The notes under the pieces: model-generated
Database searches by the model: none
The model's input: only the letters and a program-made list of their open reading frames with translations
What the model was told of the DNA's origin: nothing
Virus record (IMG/VR): IMGVR_UViG_3300011008_000038
Location: 22,871-86,870 of that record
DNA from: a virus
Lineage: Duplodnaviria; Caudoviricetes
Length of the DNA stretch: 64,000 nt
Direction: 5' to 3' (one strand)
Part shown: one piece after another, positions 28,798 to 38,710 of the stretch
Position numbering within the stretch: the stretch's first letter is position 1
Layout: the number at the start of each line of letters is the position of its first letter
Position numbers and translations under genes: made by a program

Positions 28798-29967
28798 ATG
28801 AAAAAATCGACAGTCGTTTTAGGTCTAGGAAATTGTGGAAATCAGGTTGCGTCATTAGCAGTTAAAAAATATCCAGAATTGTTTGATGCAATTTGTATTA
28901 ATTCCTCACAAGCAGATTTATCAATGATTCAAAAATGCGCAGATATGTTAACATTCAAAATTGGGGACGATGAAGAAGTTGAAGGATCTGCAAAAAATCG
29001 TACAAGAATGAAAGAATATTTAAAAGCAGATATTATGAAAATTCTTGGAAATACAGATTTTCAGGAAATGGTATCAAGTAAGAAATATTGTTATGTTGTA
29101 TCATCAGCAGGTGGTGGAACTGGTTCAGCATCAGCTCCAATATTAATGGAAATTTTAAGAACATTTTTCCCTGATACCAACTTTATTTTAGTTGGAGTTC
29201 TTCCTGCAATGAGTTCATCAATTTGTGAACATGGTAATGCTGAAGAATATCTTAGAGAAGTTTACAATACTCTTGGATCTGAAACAACATATATGATCTA
29301 TGATAATGATTCAACTTCAAATCTTCCTCCAGTAAAAGGTCTTGAAGTTATTAATGAAAATATTGTTGAAGATCTTAGAGTACTCACTGGAATTGATAAT
29401 TATCCTGCACAGTTTGATTCTATTGATAGTGCTGATTTGGAATCAATAATTACAACACCCGGACGTTTAGTTGTTGCAAGAATTGTTAAAGGTCTTACCG
29501 AAAAGAATCTCGAAGATACTTTACTTGATGATATTGTGATAAATGCATTTAAGAAATCATCACATGCAGAAACTGATAGAAACAAAGCAATCACAAGAAT
29601 GGGTGTGATTACATATTTTACTCCCGCTGTAAATAATTTATATACAACTAATTTTGAAAAAGTATATGAATTTATCGGTACACCAATTGAACGATTTAAT
29701 CATAATGCTGTAAATGATAAAAATGAATCAATGAATTTCATGTATATTCTTGCATCTGGATTATCTCCTACGAATGATAGGGCAAGAAAGATTAAAGAAA
29801 AAATTGAAGAGTTAAAGAATTCATTAGCATCAGATGAATCAAGTAAATATATTTATGCAGATGAAAATGTTTCATATGACGTTGCTTCTATAAGAAAGAA
29901 ACAGATGAAGAAAGAGAAGCAAGTTAGTCAGTTTAATCCAATGGATATTTTCAAAAAGTTTGAATAG
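28798..29967 (+). CDS. phuZ: phage tubulin PhuZ/TubZ
   Basis: GLGNCGNQ, INSS..D, tubulin signature AGGGTGSA, charged C-terminal tail. Confidence 0.88.
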   Translation: MKKSTVVLGLGNCGNQVASLAVKKYPELFDAICINSSQADLSMIQKCADMLTFKIGDDEEVEGSAKNRTRMKEYLKADIMKILGNTDFQEMVSSKKYCYVVSSAGGGTGSASAPILMEILRTFFPDTNFILVGVLPAMSSSICEHGNAEEYLREVYNTLGSETTYMIYDNDSTSNLPPVKGLEVINENIVEDLRVLTGIDNYPAQFDSIDSADLESIITTPGRLVVARIVKGLTEKNLEDTLLDDIVINAFKKSSHAETDRNKAITRMGVITYFTPAVNNLYTTNFEKVYEFIGTPIERFNHNAVNDKNESMNFMYILASGLSPTNDRARKIKEKIEELKNSLASDESSKYIYADENVSYDVASIRKKQMKKEKQVSQFNPMDIFKKFE

Positions 29968-29987
29968 CTTTTAATTATATATTATTA

Positions 29988-30026
29988 ATTTATATCAGAT
30001 ACTTATTATAAGTATCTGATATAAAT
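29988..30026. terminator. inverted repeat after tubulin gene
   Basis: 19-bp arms, 1-nt spacer. Confidence 0.65.
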
Positions 30027-30057
30027 ATTTATTTTCAATGGAGGAAATTTTATTAAT

Positions 30058-31809
30058 ATGAATAAAACAGTTGAGAAGATTTTGAATGATCGTTTGAATA
30101 ATGGTATCATAGGACCATTAACAAGATTAATTGATGAAAATATTTCTGATATTGTAACTACGTTTGGAAGATATTTTATTAGAACTATTAGAGGAAAATT
30201 ACAACGAGGAATTACAATTAATATTGGCGAGTCTTATTCAGATTGGTGGTTTGAAACAGCTTTATATTCCATATTCAATAAATATAATGATATTAAAAAA
30301 TGTACTAGAGTTGAATTGGGTATTCTTGAGAACGGATATGAGAGTGAGAAAAAACCAACATATCTTTTAGAAGCTGGGCAGGCTCATAATTTAAAATATA
30401 GAAATTGGAATATTTTAGTAGTGGTTATAGCATCTAAAAATCTTATAAATTCCACTGGAAAATATAGAACAACTAGAAGTTATACAATAATAACTTCTGA
30501 TACAAGTCCAAAGTTTATTAAGACTTTTGAAGAAGATATGCTTCGTGAAAGAGATAAACTTTTGAAGATTGATAAAAATAGTCCATATATAAATGTATAT
30601 GCTGATTCTCATGAATATGATGGTTCTACATATTGGTATCAGATGAGTAAACTTAATAAAAGAAAATTAGGTACTGTATATATTCCGAATGAACAAAAAA
30701 GAATATTGATAGATACTTTAAATAATTTCTTTGCTGGTAAAAAATATTACCAAGAACACGGAATACCACATAATTTAAAGATATTACTTTATGGCCCTCC
30801 TGGTCCTCAGCCTGTTGATACAATAATTCCAACTCCAAATGGTAATGTAAAATTAGATGATCTTAGACCAGGTGATGAAGTCTATTCGATTACAGGTGAT
30901 AGTACAATAATAGAAGAAATTTATGAATATGATGATCTCGATGTTTATAAGATAACATTTTCAGATGGAAGAATTTCGTATTGTGGGGAAGATCATAAAT
31001 GGCCAATTAGTACATCCGAAGGCAATATTAATAGAAAAAGTATTTGTGAAATGATTGATGAAGGAATATTAGATTTAAATAGAAATTACAAATTTAGTAT
31101 ACCTTCAGGTCCACAAAATTCTAATGCTGAAAAATTAGATTCTAACAGAACTATTCAGATTGTAAATATTGAAAAATGTAATTATACAAGTAGAATGAAA
31201 TGTTTACATATTGAACATCCTTCTCATATTTATTTAACTAATGATTTCATTCCAACATGTAATTCTGGAAAAGATAGTTTAGTTAAGGCTATTGCATCTG
31301 AATGGAATAGAAATATTTATTACATAACTGGAGGTAAAGGTGGAAAATATATTCCAAATGCATTAACAGATACAGCTCTATTAATTAATCCATTACTATT
31401 AATATCTGATATTGATAAATATCCATTCTTAACAAATGAAGCAACTATTAATTTAGCAGATAAAGATGATTATAAAGAAGAGCAATTACAATATAAACAA
31501 TTGTTTGGTAATATGATTAATGCATTAGATGGAATACTTTCTGGAGAAGATAAATTAATCATAATGACAACGAATCATCCAGAAGTATTTAGTGAAACAT
31601 TTTTACGAAATGGAAGAGTTGATTTATCAATGCATATTGATTATATGACTCCAGAAACATTTAGGAGATATGCATATGATTTCTATGGAGTAGAACTTCC
31701 AGAAAATATTGAATTGAAAGAAAATAATTTGAGCGTTGCAAAATTAAATGCTGATGTTATTTTCTTAAAAATGTCAAAAGAAGATTTTATAAAAAAATAT
31801 GTAAAATAA
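30058..31809 (+). CDS. AAA+ ATPase (BCS1-like) interrupted by an intein
   Basis: After intein removal Walker A reads YGPPG-SGKD; LISDID (Walker B), INALDG, MTTNHPE..LRNGRVD (sensor 1 / Arg finger). Confidence 0.85.
   Translation: MNKTVEKILNDRLNNGIIGPLTRLIDENISDIVTTFGRYFIRTIRGKLQRGITINIGESYSDWWFETALYSIFNKYNDIKKCTRVELGILENGYESEKKPTYLLEAGQAHNLKYRNWNILVVVIASKNLINSTGKYRTTRSYTIITSDTSPKFIKTFEEDMLRERDKLLKIDKNSPYINVYADSHEYDGSTYWYQMSKLNKRKLGTVYIPNEQKRILIDTLNNFFAGKKYYQEHGIPHNLKILLYGPPGPQPVDTIIPTPNGNVKLDDLRPGDEVYSITGDSTIIEEIYEYDDLDVYKITFSDGRISYCGEDHKWPISTSEGNINRKSICEMIDEGILDLNRNYKFSIPSGPQNSNAEKLDSNRTIQIVNIEKCNYTSRMKCLHIEHPSHIYLTNDFIPTCNSGKDSLVKAIASEWNRNIYYITGGKGGKYIPNALTDTALLINPLLLISDIDKYPFLTNEATINLADKDDYKEEQLQYKQLFGNMINALDGILSGEDKLIIMTTNHPEVFSETFLRNGRVDLSMHIDYMTPETFRRYAYDFYGVELPENIELKENNLSVAKLNADVIFLKMSKEDFIKKYVK
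30805..31263 (+). mobile_element. class-3 mini-intein (153 aa)
   Basis: Begins PQPVDTIIPTPNG; block B CGEDHKW, block F MKCL, block G IPTCN followed by Ser+1; no endonuclease domain. Confidence 0.85.
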
Positions 31810-31936
31810 TTAATTATAATATTAGAAGACAAGATCATCTTGTCTTCTAATATTTTTTTATTTTATTTTTTTATATGATATAAAAAAATAAAATGAATTT
31901 GTAGAAGGGTTGTCTAATTTAGACAACCCTTAATTG

Positions 31937-32332
31937 TTATTCCACATCCCAAAGTTTTTCTTTAATTTTGGGAATTGAAATTGTGAAACTACAAATTGTT
32001 GTTATTAAAAACAATAAACTTATTCCAAGAAATATTATTGCGAAAGGCATATACAACAAATATTGTTGTATTGTTAAATTTATTGAGAAAAGCATTTTCA
32101 ATACAAAATATAATGCTTCAGTGGTACCCAATGTACCACCAAGAAATATTGCAAGACCGATGATAAAATCAATTGATTTTGTCATCGTCTTTAAGTGATA
32201 ATCCGAATCACTTTTTATATATCTTACAATATTTGTCGGAATTAATGCGATCATTGCAATTAACGAAAAAATTACTTGCAATGTGAACTTTATAAACTTT
32301 TCCAATTTACCATCTTTCCTATCTCTTTTCAT
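31937..32332 (-). CDS. small multi-pass membrane protein
   Basis: Three hydrophobic segments. Confidence 0.6.
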   Translation of the reverse strand: MKRDRKDGKLEKFIKFTLQVIFSLIAMIALIPTNIVRYIKSDSDYHLKTMTKSIDFIIGLAIFLGGTLGTTEALYFVLKMLFSINLTIQQYLLYMPFAIIFLGISLLFLITTICSFTISIPKIKEKLWDVE

Positions 32333-32438
32333 TGGAAAAACCCCTTTTCAAAAAGATGTAGATTAACATATAATCTACTCAAATTTAAAATATATGATTA
32401 TAAAGTTTACATATGCGATTATAAAGGAGATGGACTTT

Positions 32439-33659
32439 ATGGCAATTATATTTAATGAAAAGAATGGTATAGAAGGTAATATTTTCAAATTTGAAAATAG
32501 ATTACATACTAGAATGAATAAATATATTGAAAATGGAGCTCTCTTAGTTAAATATTTTTCAATAAATCAAAATTCATCCACAGTGGATAGAGGACTTCAA
32601 AGTATAGATGCATTGTTTGGATCACAAGCTCCATTGAGATATAACATTATTAATGATTTTCCATTGTTTGGATTTGGACAAACTAATCCAGAAAATGATT
32701 CAGAAAATAATATGGAAGATATTATTAATAATGGAACATGTTTAATCATTCCATCAACTATTGTACCACAACCAAATGATTTCTTTATTATCAATCATTT
32801 AAAACAAGATGCTTTATTTAAAGTAACAGGGGTAACTTATGACTCTATGAAACAAGATGGATTCTATAAAATAGAATATGTTCTTCAAAGTACAAGTAAG
32901 GAAACAATTAATATGTTAATGCAACAAGTAGTTGATAATTATCATACTGAATTGTCAGCTATTGGAACTAGTGATATGAATCCAATTATAAAAGAAGATG
33001 ATTTTATATATAGAAATAAAATTCTTCAAATGATGAATCAAATGATGATGTCATATAGAGCATTATTTTATAATGATCGACATAATTGTTTTTTATATCA
33101 TGATCCTAAATCAGGATTGGATTGGTTTGATGTTTGTGGGAGTGAATTTATTGCAAAGCATGGATTAATGAATCCGCAGAATAGTATGCGAGTTATTGTA
33201 TTAAATGATAAATTAAAAGATCCACAGTTTCCATATTATTATAATCATTCAATTTACAAATGGTTGGAATTGGATGCTCCCGATAGATTTCTTAGTAATT
33301 TCTTCTTTAGATTAAAAGCTGCATCATTTTATAAATATTCGTCATTTGTATCATGGGAAGATAATAACATTCAAATTATAATTCCATTGTCTAAAGAAGA
33401 GCAAGGAATTAATAATACGAGAGAATATTCATTTTTTGATAATGATCAACTTAATTCATTTTTGAACAGAAAGATTATGCCAGATGCATCAGAATATGAT
33501 TTATTAATATGGAAATATATCAATAAAGAAAAATTATCATTGAATGATATTTCATTATATTTATCAGATTCTTTATTAAATTCGAATAAGTGCTTTGATG
33601 TATTTTTTTATACTCCGATTGTTATTTATATAATTAAAAAGATAATACGAATGAATTAG
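32439..33659 (+). CDS. putative virion structural protein
   Basis: SD AAGGAG before ATG 32439; beta-rich N-terminus (CLIIPSTIVPQPNDFF..LFKVT..YKIEY) reminiscent of jumbo-phage structural proteins. Confidence 0.5.
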   Translation: MAIIFNEKNGIEGNIFKFENRLHTRMNKYIENGALLVKYFSINQNSSTVDRGLQSIDALFGSQAPLRYNIINDFPLFGFGQTNPENDSENNMEDIINNGTCLIIPSTIVPQPNDFFIINHLKQDALFKVTGVTYDSMKQDGFYKIEYVLQSTSKETINMLMQQVVDNYHTELSAIGTSDMNPIIKEDDFIYRNKILQMMNQMMMSYRALFYNDRHNCFLYHDPKSGLDWFDVCGSEFIAKHGLMNPQNSMRVIVLNDKLKDPQFPYYYNHSIYKWLELDAPDRFLSNFFFRLKAASFYKYSSFVSWEDNNIQIIIPLSKEEQGINNTREYSFFDNDQLNSFLNRKIMPDASEYDLLIWKYINKEKLSLNDISLYLSDSLLNSNKCFDVFFYTPIVIYIIKKIIRMN

Positions 33660-33723
33660 AAAAAACCATGGTTATAATATATTCATTTGAATCTTTATAA
33701 TAGTGAAAGGAGATATTAATAAA

Positions 33724-35160
33724 ATGAGTCATATAAATGCATTAGTAAATATTAATGGTATGCCATATTTACTTGGTGAATATCTTGATGATAGATGTTG
33801 GCAACAATTAAATGAGTATGATGTAGTAAATGATATTACAGTTGACACATCAGAAGCTATGCGGGCCATTATTGATATTTCATTAAAAGATATTCCAACT
33901 AATCAAGATGGATCAATGTATTTAATTGGTAATTCTGCATTAGCTAATATTTTATATGGTAAAATTAATAAATACTATAATAATTATTGTGGAAAATTAG
34001 ATACTATTAGAAATACTTTAAAAATTAAGGTTAATTATCAATTAGAGAATGCTCATACTGGACAAATTATTAGATCAACGGTAGAAGAATTTAGATTAAA
34101 CCAAAGAAATTATTTTGTAAAAATTAATGTTGAGAATACTAATGATAATCCTATTCTTTCTAATTTTAGTAATACTATTGTATCATCCATTACTCAATTT
34201 ACACATGGTAGAGAAAGAATGCTACTGAGAATTACTAATATTCAATTATGCTATGAATGTGTGAAACCAAAACCTTATGGATTAAGAGCAGGAGAAATGA
34301 TGAGATTTTCTAGATCTTTAGAATTTCCAATTTTAGATGGTACTGAAGATTCTATTTATGAGTATCACAGAAGAATGCAAAATTCACAATTATTTCCTGA
34401 TGATGGATTACATAGAGAAGGTCCAGATATAGTTGATTTTAATCCTCCTAGATGGGCAAATACAACAGCTTTTTATCATTTTGAAAATCGATATAATTCT
34501 CTCATATTACATGAAAATGAAATATATGACAGAAAGATTAGAGTTGTGGAAATTCCATGTGGAACGATTAATGTTAATAGATCATTCTATATTAATCCTG
34601 GTCATCAGTTAATTTTTAAATTTTCCATTTGGAAAAATGATATTGCAATTATTAATGAACCTGCTAAATTAGCAAAGGCATTACATATTTACAATAATGA
34701 ATACACTCATGATTATCCATGTGATCATGAACACAATTCTCATTCTCATCATCATGATCAATCATCAGATTTATTATATAGAATGCTTGATGATCGTCGT
34801 GATATGGATAATAAGCAAAATGATGCTATAAATAAACTAAATAACATCATAGTAAATAATATTTATCCCGTATTGAAAAAATTAAATGATGAAGTCAGCG
34901 ATGATAATTTACCAAATATTGAAACTCTTCCTGTTAATGAAAATGATAATAATGATCATGATGATCAACATAATCATCATTCACCACATCATCACAATAA
35001 AAAACGAATTATGGAATTATTTAATACTGTAAAATCAATATTAATAGAGATTGAGCAGTTGAAAAATAAAGATGGTACAACATATCAAGAAATTGATGAT
35101 GAAACACTACAGGAAATAATAGATAATGCAGTAGATTCAACAAAACCTGATGATATTTAA
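33724..35160 (+). CDS. hypothetical protein with two His-rich tracts
   Basis: HDYPCDHEHNSHSHHH and HDDQHNHHSPHHH; SD AAGGAG. Confidence 0.7.
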   Translation: MSHINALVNINGMPYLLGEYLDDRCWQQLNEYDVVNDITVDTSEAMRAIIDISLKDIPTNQDGSMYLIGNSALANILYGKINKYYNNYCGKLDTIRNTLKIKVNYQLENAHTGQIIRSTVEEFRLNQRNYFVKINVENTNDNPILSNFSNTIVSSITQFTHGRERMLLRITNIQLCYECVKPKPYGLRAGEMMRFSRSLEFPILDGTEDSIYEYHRRMQNSQLFPDDGLHREGPDIVDFNPPRWANTTAFYHFENRYNSLILHENEIYDRKIRVVEIPCGTINVNRSFYINPGHQLIFKFSIWKNDIAIINEPAKLAKALHIYNNEYTHDYPCDHEHNSHSHHHDQSSDLLYRMLDDRRDMDNKQNDAINKLNNIIVNNIYPVLKKLNDEVSDDNLPNIETLPVNENDNNDHDDQHNHHSPHHHNKKRIMELFNTVKSILIEIEQLKNKDGTTYQEIDDETLQEIIDNAVDSTKPDDI

Positions 35161-35215
35161 TCATTAATTTTTTCATATATTGGATTTAAAACATTTATAT
35201 AGGAAGGTGACTAAA

Positions 35216-35686
35216 ATGCCAGATGTAGAAGCACCAGTTTATGTATTAACTGAACAAAAACTTCAAAGTTTAGTTACATCAATCATGAGAAATGTTAATA
35301 TTCGTATTAACGATTATATTGATACAGCTCCAATTTCTTCAACGTCTCGTGCTGACAAACTTGCTTCACCACAAGCAGTTTATAATGCATTACAAACAGT
35401 TGATTCAGTAATTCCTGTTGTTAATAATAATAAACTTGCTGTTGGTGTAGCATTAATTCCTAATCCAAGTGATAAGGTTCTTTACATTGTTCTTGATTCA
35501 GCAGATGCAATTGATGGAACTCCGTATATTTTTATTCCTGATGAATCAAATGATGATGGTGGCAAATTTGTAAAAGTATGCCCAGCAAGTACAGAAGCAC
35601 CAATAGAACATCAAGAATTTACTGATGCACAGATAAATGCAATCGTTGAAGCAGCAGTTACTGCAACAGTACCTGTATTTGAATAA
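35216..35686 (+). CDS. fibre-associated paralog
   Basis: SD GGAAGGTG; shares S..AVY.AL and NPSDKVLYI motifs with neighbours. Confidence 0.6.
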   Translation: MPDVEAPVYVLTEQKLQSLVTSIMRNVNIRINDYIDTAPISSTSRADKLASPQAVYNALQTVDSVIPVVNNNKLAVGVALIPNPSDKVLYIVLDSADAIDGTPYIFIPDESNDDGGKFVKVCPASTEAPIEHQEFTDAQINAIVEAAVTATVPVFE

Positions 35687-35777
35687 TAATACAAAAATCA
35701 AAATTACATTATATTAAAATATATTAATTTAAATATATTAATTTTTTATTATAATCATTGGAAAGGATGATTGAATT

Positions 35778-36539
35778 ATGAGCGTATATAATTATATGAC
35801 AGCTGTAACTCTTCAGAGTTTTGCAGAAGCATTACTTACCGGAATCAATAGTCGTATTGAAAATGATTATATGGTTCAGAGCCTTGGTGCAAATCCTGAT
35901 TTTGCTACAGTAACTACTGATGCATATAGAGTTCCTTCAGTTGCTGCAGTTAAAACAGCTCTTCGCGCGGTTGCTGGTGCACACCTTAAGATTGAAACTC
36001 TTGAAGGTCAGTTTGGTGCTGGCAAAACATATGAAACATTAGCAGCATTAGTTCAGGCTACTACCGGTGCAGCTCCTCGTACAGATACGATCTATCTCCA
36101 GAAAGATGGTCCTTCTGATACAACCTGGACAATGTATATCTATACGGTTCCTGAAGTTGGAGATCCTGCATGGATTGATATTGGAAACACTGATCTTTCA
36201 TTTGCCGAGATTGAATCACGTCTTGATGCTCTTGAAGCTACAGTTGGTGATGCTACTGCTGGTCTTGTTAAGAAAGTTGCTGACATCGAGTCAGATCTTG
36301 ATCCTGCAACTGCCGGTGGAACCGGTGCAAAAGTTGCAGCTAATGAAGCAGCAATTGGTTCTCTTACCTATGATGAAAATGATGCTTCAGTAGTAACCGG
36401 TGGTACAGGATTAGCAAAGAAAGTTTATGATCTTGAACAGGGCAAAGTTAATGTTGCTGATATGCAGGCACTTGCTCTTGGTACAATCGTTGCAGATGCA
36501 CTTGCAGCAACACCTATCACAACTCCAAGCGGAGACTAG
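35778..36539 (+). CDS. fibre/decoration-like paralog, likely highly expressed
   Basis: PRTDTIYLQKDGPSDTTWTMYIY..WIDIG motif; noticeably higher GC and Ala/Gly content than flanks. Confidence 0.65.
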   Translation: MSVYNYMTAVTLQSFAEALLTGINSRIENDYMVQSLGANPDFATVTTDAYRVPSVAAVKTALRAVAGAHLKIETLEGQFGAGKTYETLAALVQATTGAAPRTDTIYLQKDGPSDTTWTMYIYTVPEVGDPAWIDIGNTDLSFAEIESRLDALEATVGDATAGLVKKVADIESDLDPATAGGTGAKVAANEAAIGSLTYDENDASVVTGGTGLAKKVYDLEQGKVNVADMQALALGTIVADALAATPITTPSGD

Positions 36540-36635
36540 TATTAATTAGACATAATTATACATAGTAATTACATATGAGGAATATCAAGTTCCTCATATG
36601 TAATTTTTTAAGCAAAGGAGGGTGAGTTATAAACT

Positions 36636-37271
36636 ATGCCTGTTCAGAAAACAATCTCATATTTAGATGAAGTTGGTGTACGAGCGCTAGCTCAACAGTT
36701 AGCAGCTGGTATGAATGAAAAAATCTATGATTCAATTATTGATACACTAACTGATAGTGGAACAAGAGATGCCAATCATTCACTAAGTGCAGCAGCATTA
36801 TATGCTTTACTCGGAGCATCGAATGCTACAGATAACTCATCACTAAATGGTAAAATAAATACATTATCTTCTAATCTTACAACATTACAACAAGCTGTAA
36901 ATGGATATACACATTTACAAATTGAAATTGTTACTGGAGCTATAACTTCTGTTTCAAATCCTAGTACAGATAAATTATATCTCCAAAGAGATGATGTAAG
37001 TGATTCAACGTTCATTATGTATATTTACAGACAGAATGTTGAAGTTGCTGTAACTGATATTCATGGTGATCCTGTCTATGAAAATGATGTATTACAGACA
37101 CAAACTGTAAATCAATTCATTGCAATTGGAAAATCAGAAGTTAATATTTCAAATTATTGGAGTAAAGATGAAATTAGTGAATTGAAAGAAGCATTATCAT
37201 TATATAATATTTCATTGATATCTAACCCAAATACAACTATACCAAATAAAGTTAGCACAGCTTTTGCATAA
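36636..37271 (+). CDS. fibre-associated paralog
   Basis: YLDEVGV, NPSTDKLYLQRDD..FIMYIY, IGKSEVNISNYW motifs; SD AAGGAGGG. Confidence 0.65.
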   Translation: MPVQKTISYLDEVGVRALAQQLAAGMNEKIYDSIIDTLTDSGTRDANHSLSAAALYALLGASNATDNSSLNGKINTLSSNLTTLQQAVNGYTHLQIEIVTGAITSVSNPSTDKLYLQRDDVSDSTFIMYIYRQNVEVAVTDIHGDPVYENDVLQTQTVNQFIAIGKSEVNISNYWSKDEISELKEALSLYNISLISNPNTTIPNKVSTAFA

Positions 37272-37288
37272 AAATAAAAAAATAATAT

Positions 37289-37329
37289 AATATAAGAAAG
37301 AGTATCATAATGATACTCTTTCTTATATT
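37289..37329. terminator. inverted repeat between convergent genes
   Basis: 20-bp arms AATATAAGAAAGAGTATCAT / ATGATACTCTTTCTTATATT, 1-nt spacer. Confidence 0.75.
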
Positions 37330-37335
37330 TAGTTT

Positions 37336-38634
37336 TTAATAATTTAATAAATCCATATCAAATTTATCATTTATATTTGTAAATGGTAAATGTTTATCTA
37401 ATACAGGAATTATATATTTCTTTATTGATTCCCATATAGGTTTTTCTTTCATTTCTGTATTAAGATTCTTCCAATTAAATACAAATGATTCATCATCTTT
37501 AAATTTCATTCTATTTTTATTACCATCAATAAGTCCATTATTCTTTCCATATAAAATCAAACTTCTAATGTTATCAAAACCTTTTTGAAAATTAAATACT
37601 AATTCAAATGAAATACCTTTGGAATTATTACCAGATTGATTACTTGAAGATTTTATTGGTTCTACCATTACAATATGGCCATTAAAACCATCAGCATCAA
37701 TTGTAAAATTATCAGATGTTTTTGCTATCAGTTTAGCAATATTCTGTGGATAAAATATCATGGTTCTTCCACCTGGAATTGATTCATCTTGTTTTAAAAA
37801 GTTTTGTTGTTTGGCTACTGGAATAAACGCATTCATACTCATATTATTATTAATATGATTTACTAAGAATACATTAATATTTGCTTCTTTACACATTGGA
37901 AGAGTATCTTTAAAAAATCCTTTTAATGATTTCGCATCTCTAGCTCCATCCGTATTCCCTCTTAATTCTCCTGCAGCATTCACCTCTTTAGCAACGTCAC
38001 TACTATAAGTTTCATTTAAAACAGTTGTAATAGAATCAATAATAATTACTGAAGGCTGTAATATCATAATATCTTTTCCAAATTCATCTGTATATGGCAT
38101 TTTTATTAATAATTCATTTCTCATATTCATTTTTTGTTGCCATAATTTAGCTATTGTTTTTTGTATATCATCCAAACCAATCATACCATTTTTAATTGCA
38201 TAACGGTTATTTCTAAAATAATCAGATGGTAATTCTGTAATATTTTCTGCTCTACTAATATCAAATCTATTTTCACAATCAAAATGAATTAAGTTTGAAT
38301 ATGGATATTGTCTGATGATGTTTGCACCAATCTGTACAGCTAGAGTTGTTTTACCACTTCCACTAAGACCAACTATAAGATTGAAAGTTCCATATGCTTG
38401 ACCAATTCTTCGTTCTTGTGAAACTAATTGTCCTATTTCATCATGAATATTTGCAACGGTTCCAAAATAATAATCGAATAAAGTAAAACCTGTTTTGTGA
38501 AAAGCCATGATAGCATTTGTTTGAAACATATGATTTTTATCATTTTCTCGTAAAGCTGCTATTAATGGATTGAATGTTTGGGATTTTAATTTTTCATCCA
38601 AGATATTATCTACTAAATTTTTATCCTTTGCCAT
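37336..38634 (-). CDS. uvsX: RecA/UvsX-like recombinase
   Basis: GLSGSGKTTLA (Walker A), HFDCE, IIIDSIT (Walker B), LVNHIN, PGG. Confidence 0.85.
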   Translation of the reverse strand: MAKDKNLVDNILDEKLKSQTFNPLIAALRENDKNHMFQTNAIMAFHKTGFTLFDYYFGTVANIHDEIGQLVSQERRIGQAYGTFNLIVGLSGSGKTTLAVQIGANIIRQYPYSNLIHFDCENRFDISRAENITELPSDYFRNNRYAIKNGMIGLDDIQKTIAKLWQQKMNMRNELLIKMPYTDEFGKDIMILQPSVIIIDSITTVLNETYSSDVAKEVNAAGELRGNTDGARDAKSLKGFFKDTLPMCKEANINVFLVNHINNNMSMNAFIPVAKQQNFLKQDESIPGGRTMIFYPQNIAKLIAKTSDNFTIDADGFNGHIVMVEPIKSSSNQSGNNSKGISFELVFNFQKGFDNIRSLILYGKNNGLIDGNKNRMKFKDDESFVFNWKNLNTEMKEKPIWESIKKYIIPVLDKHLPFTNINDKFDMDLLNY

Positions 38635-38710
38635 AATATATGTTAAACCTCCAAAATTTATAATACAAGATTGTTTTTTGATTATACATAAATAATATAT
38701 CTTTGAAATA

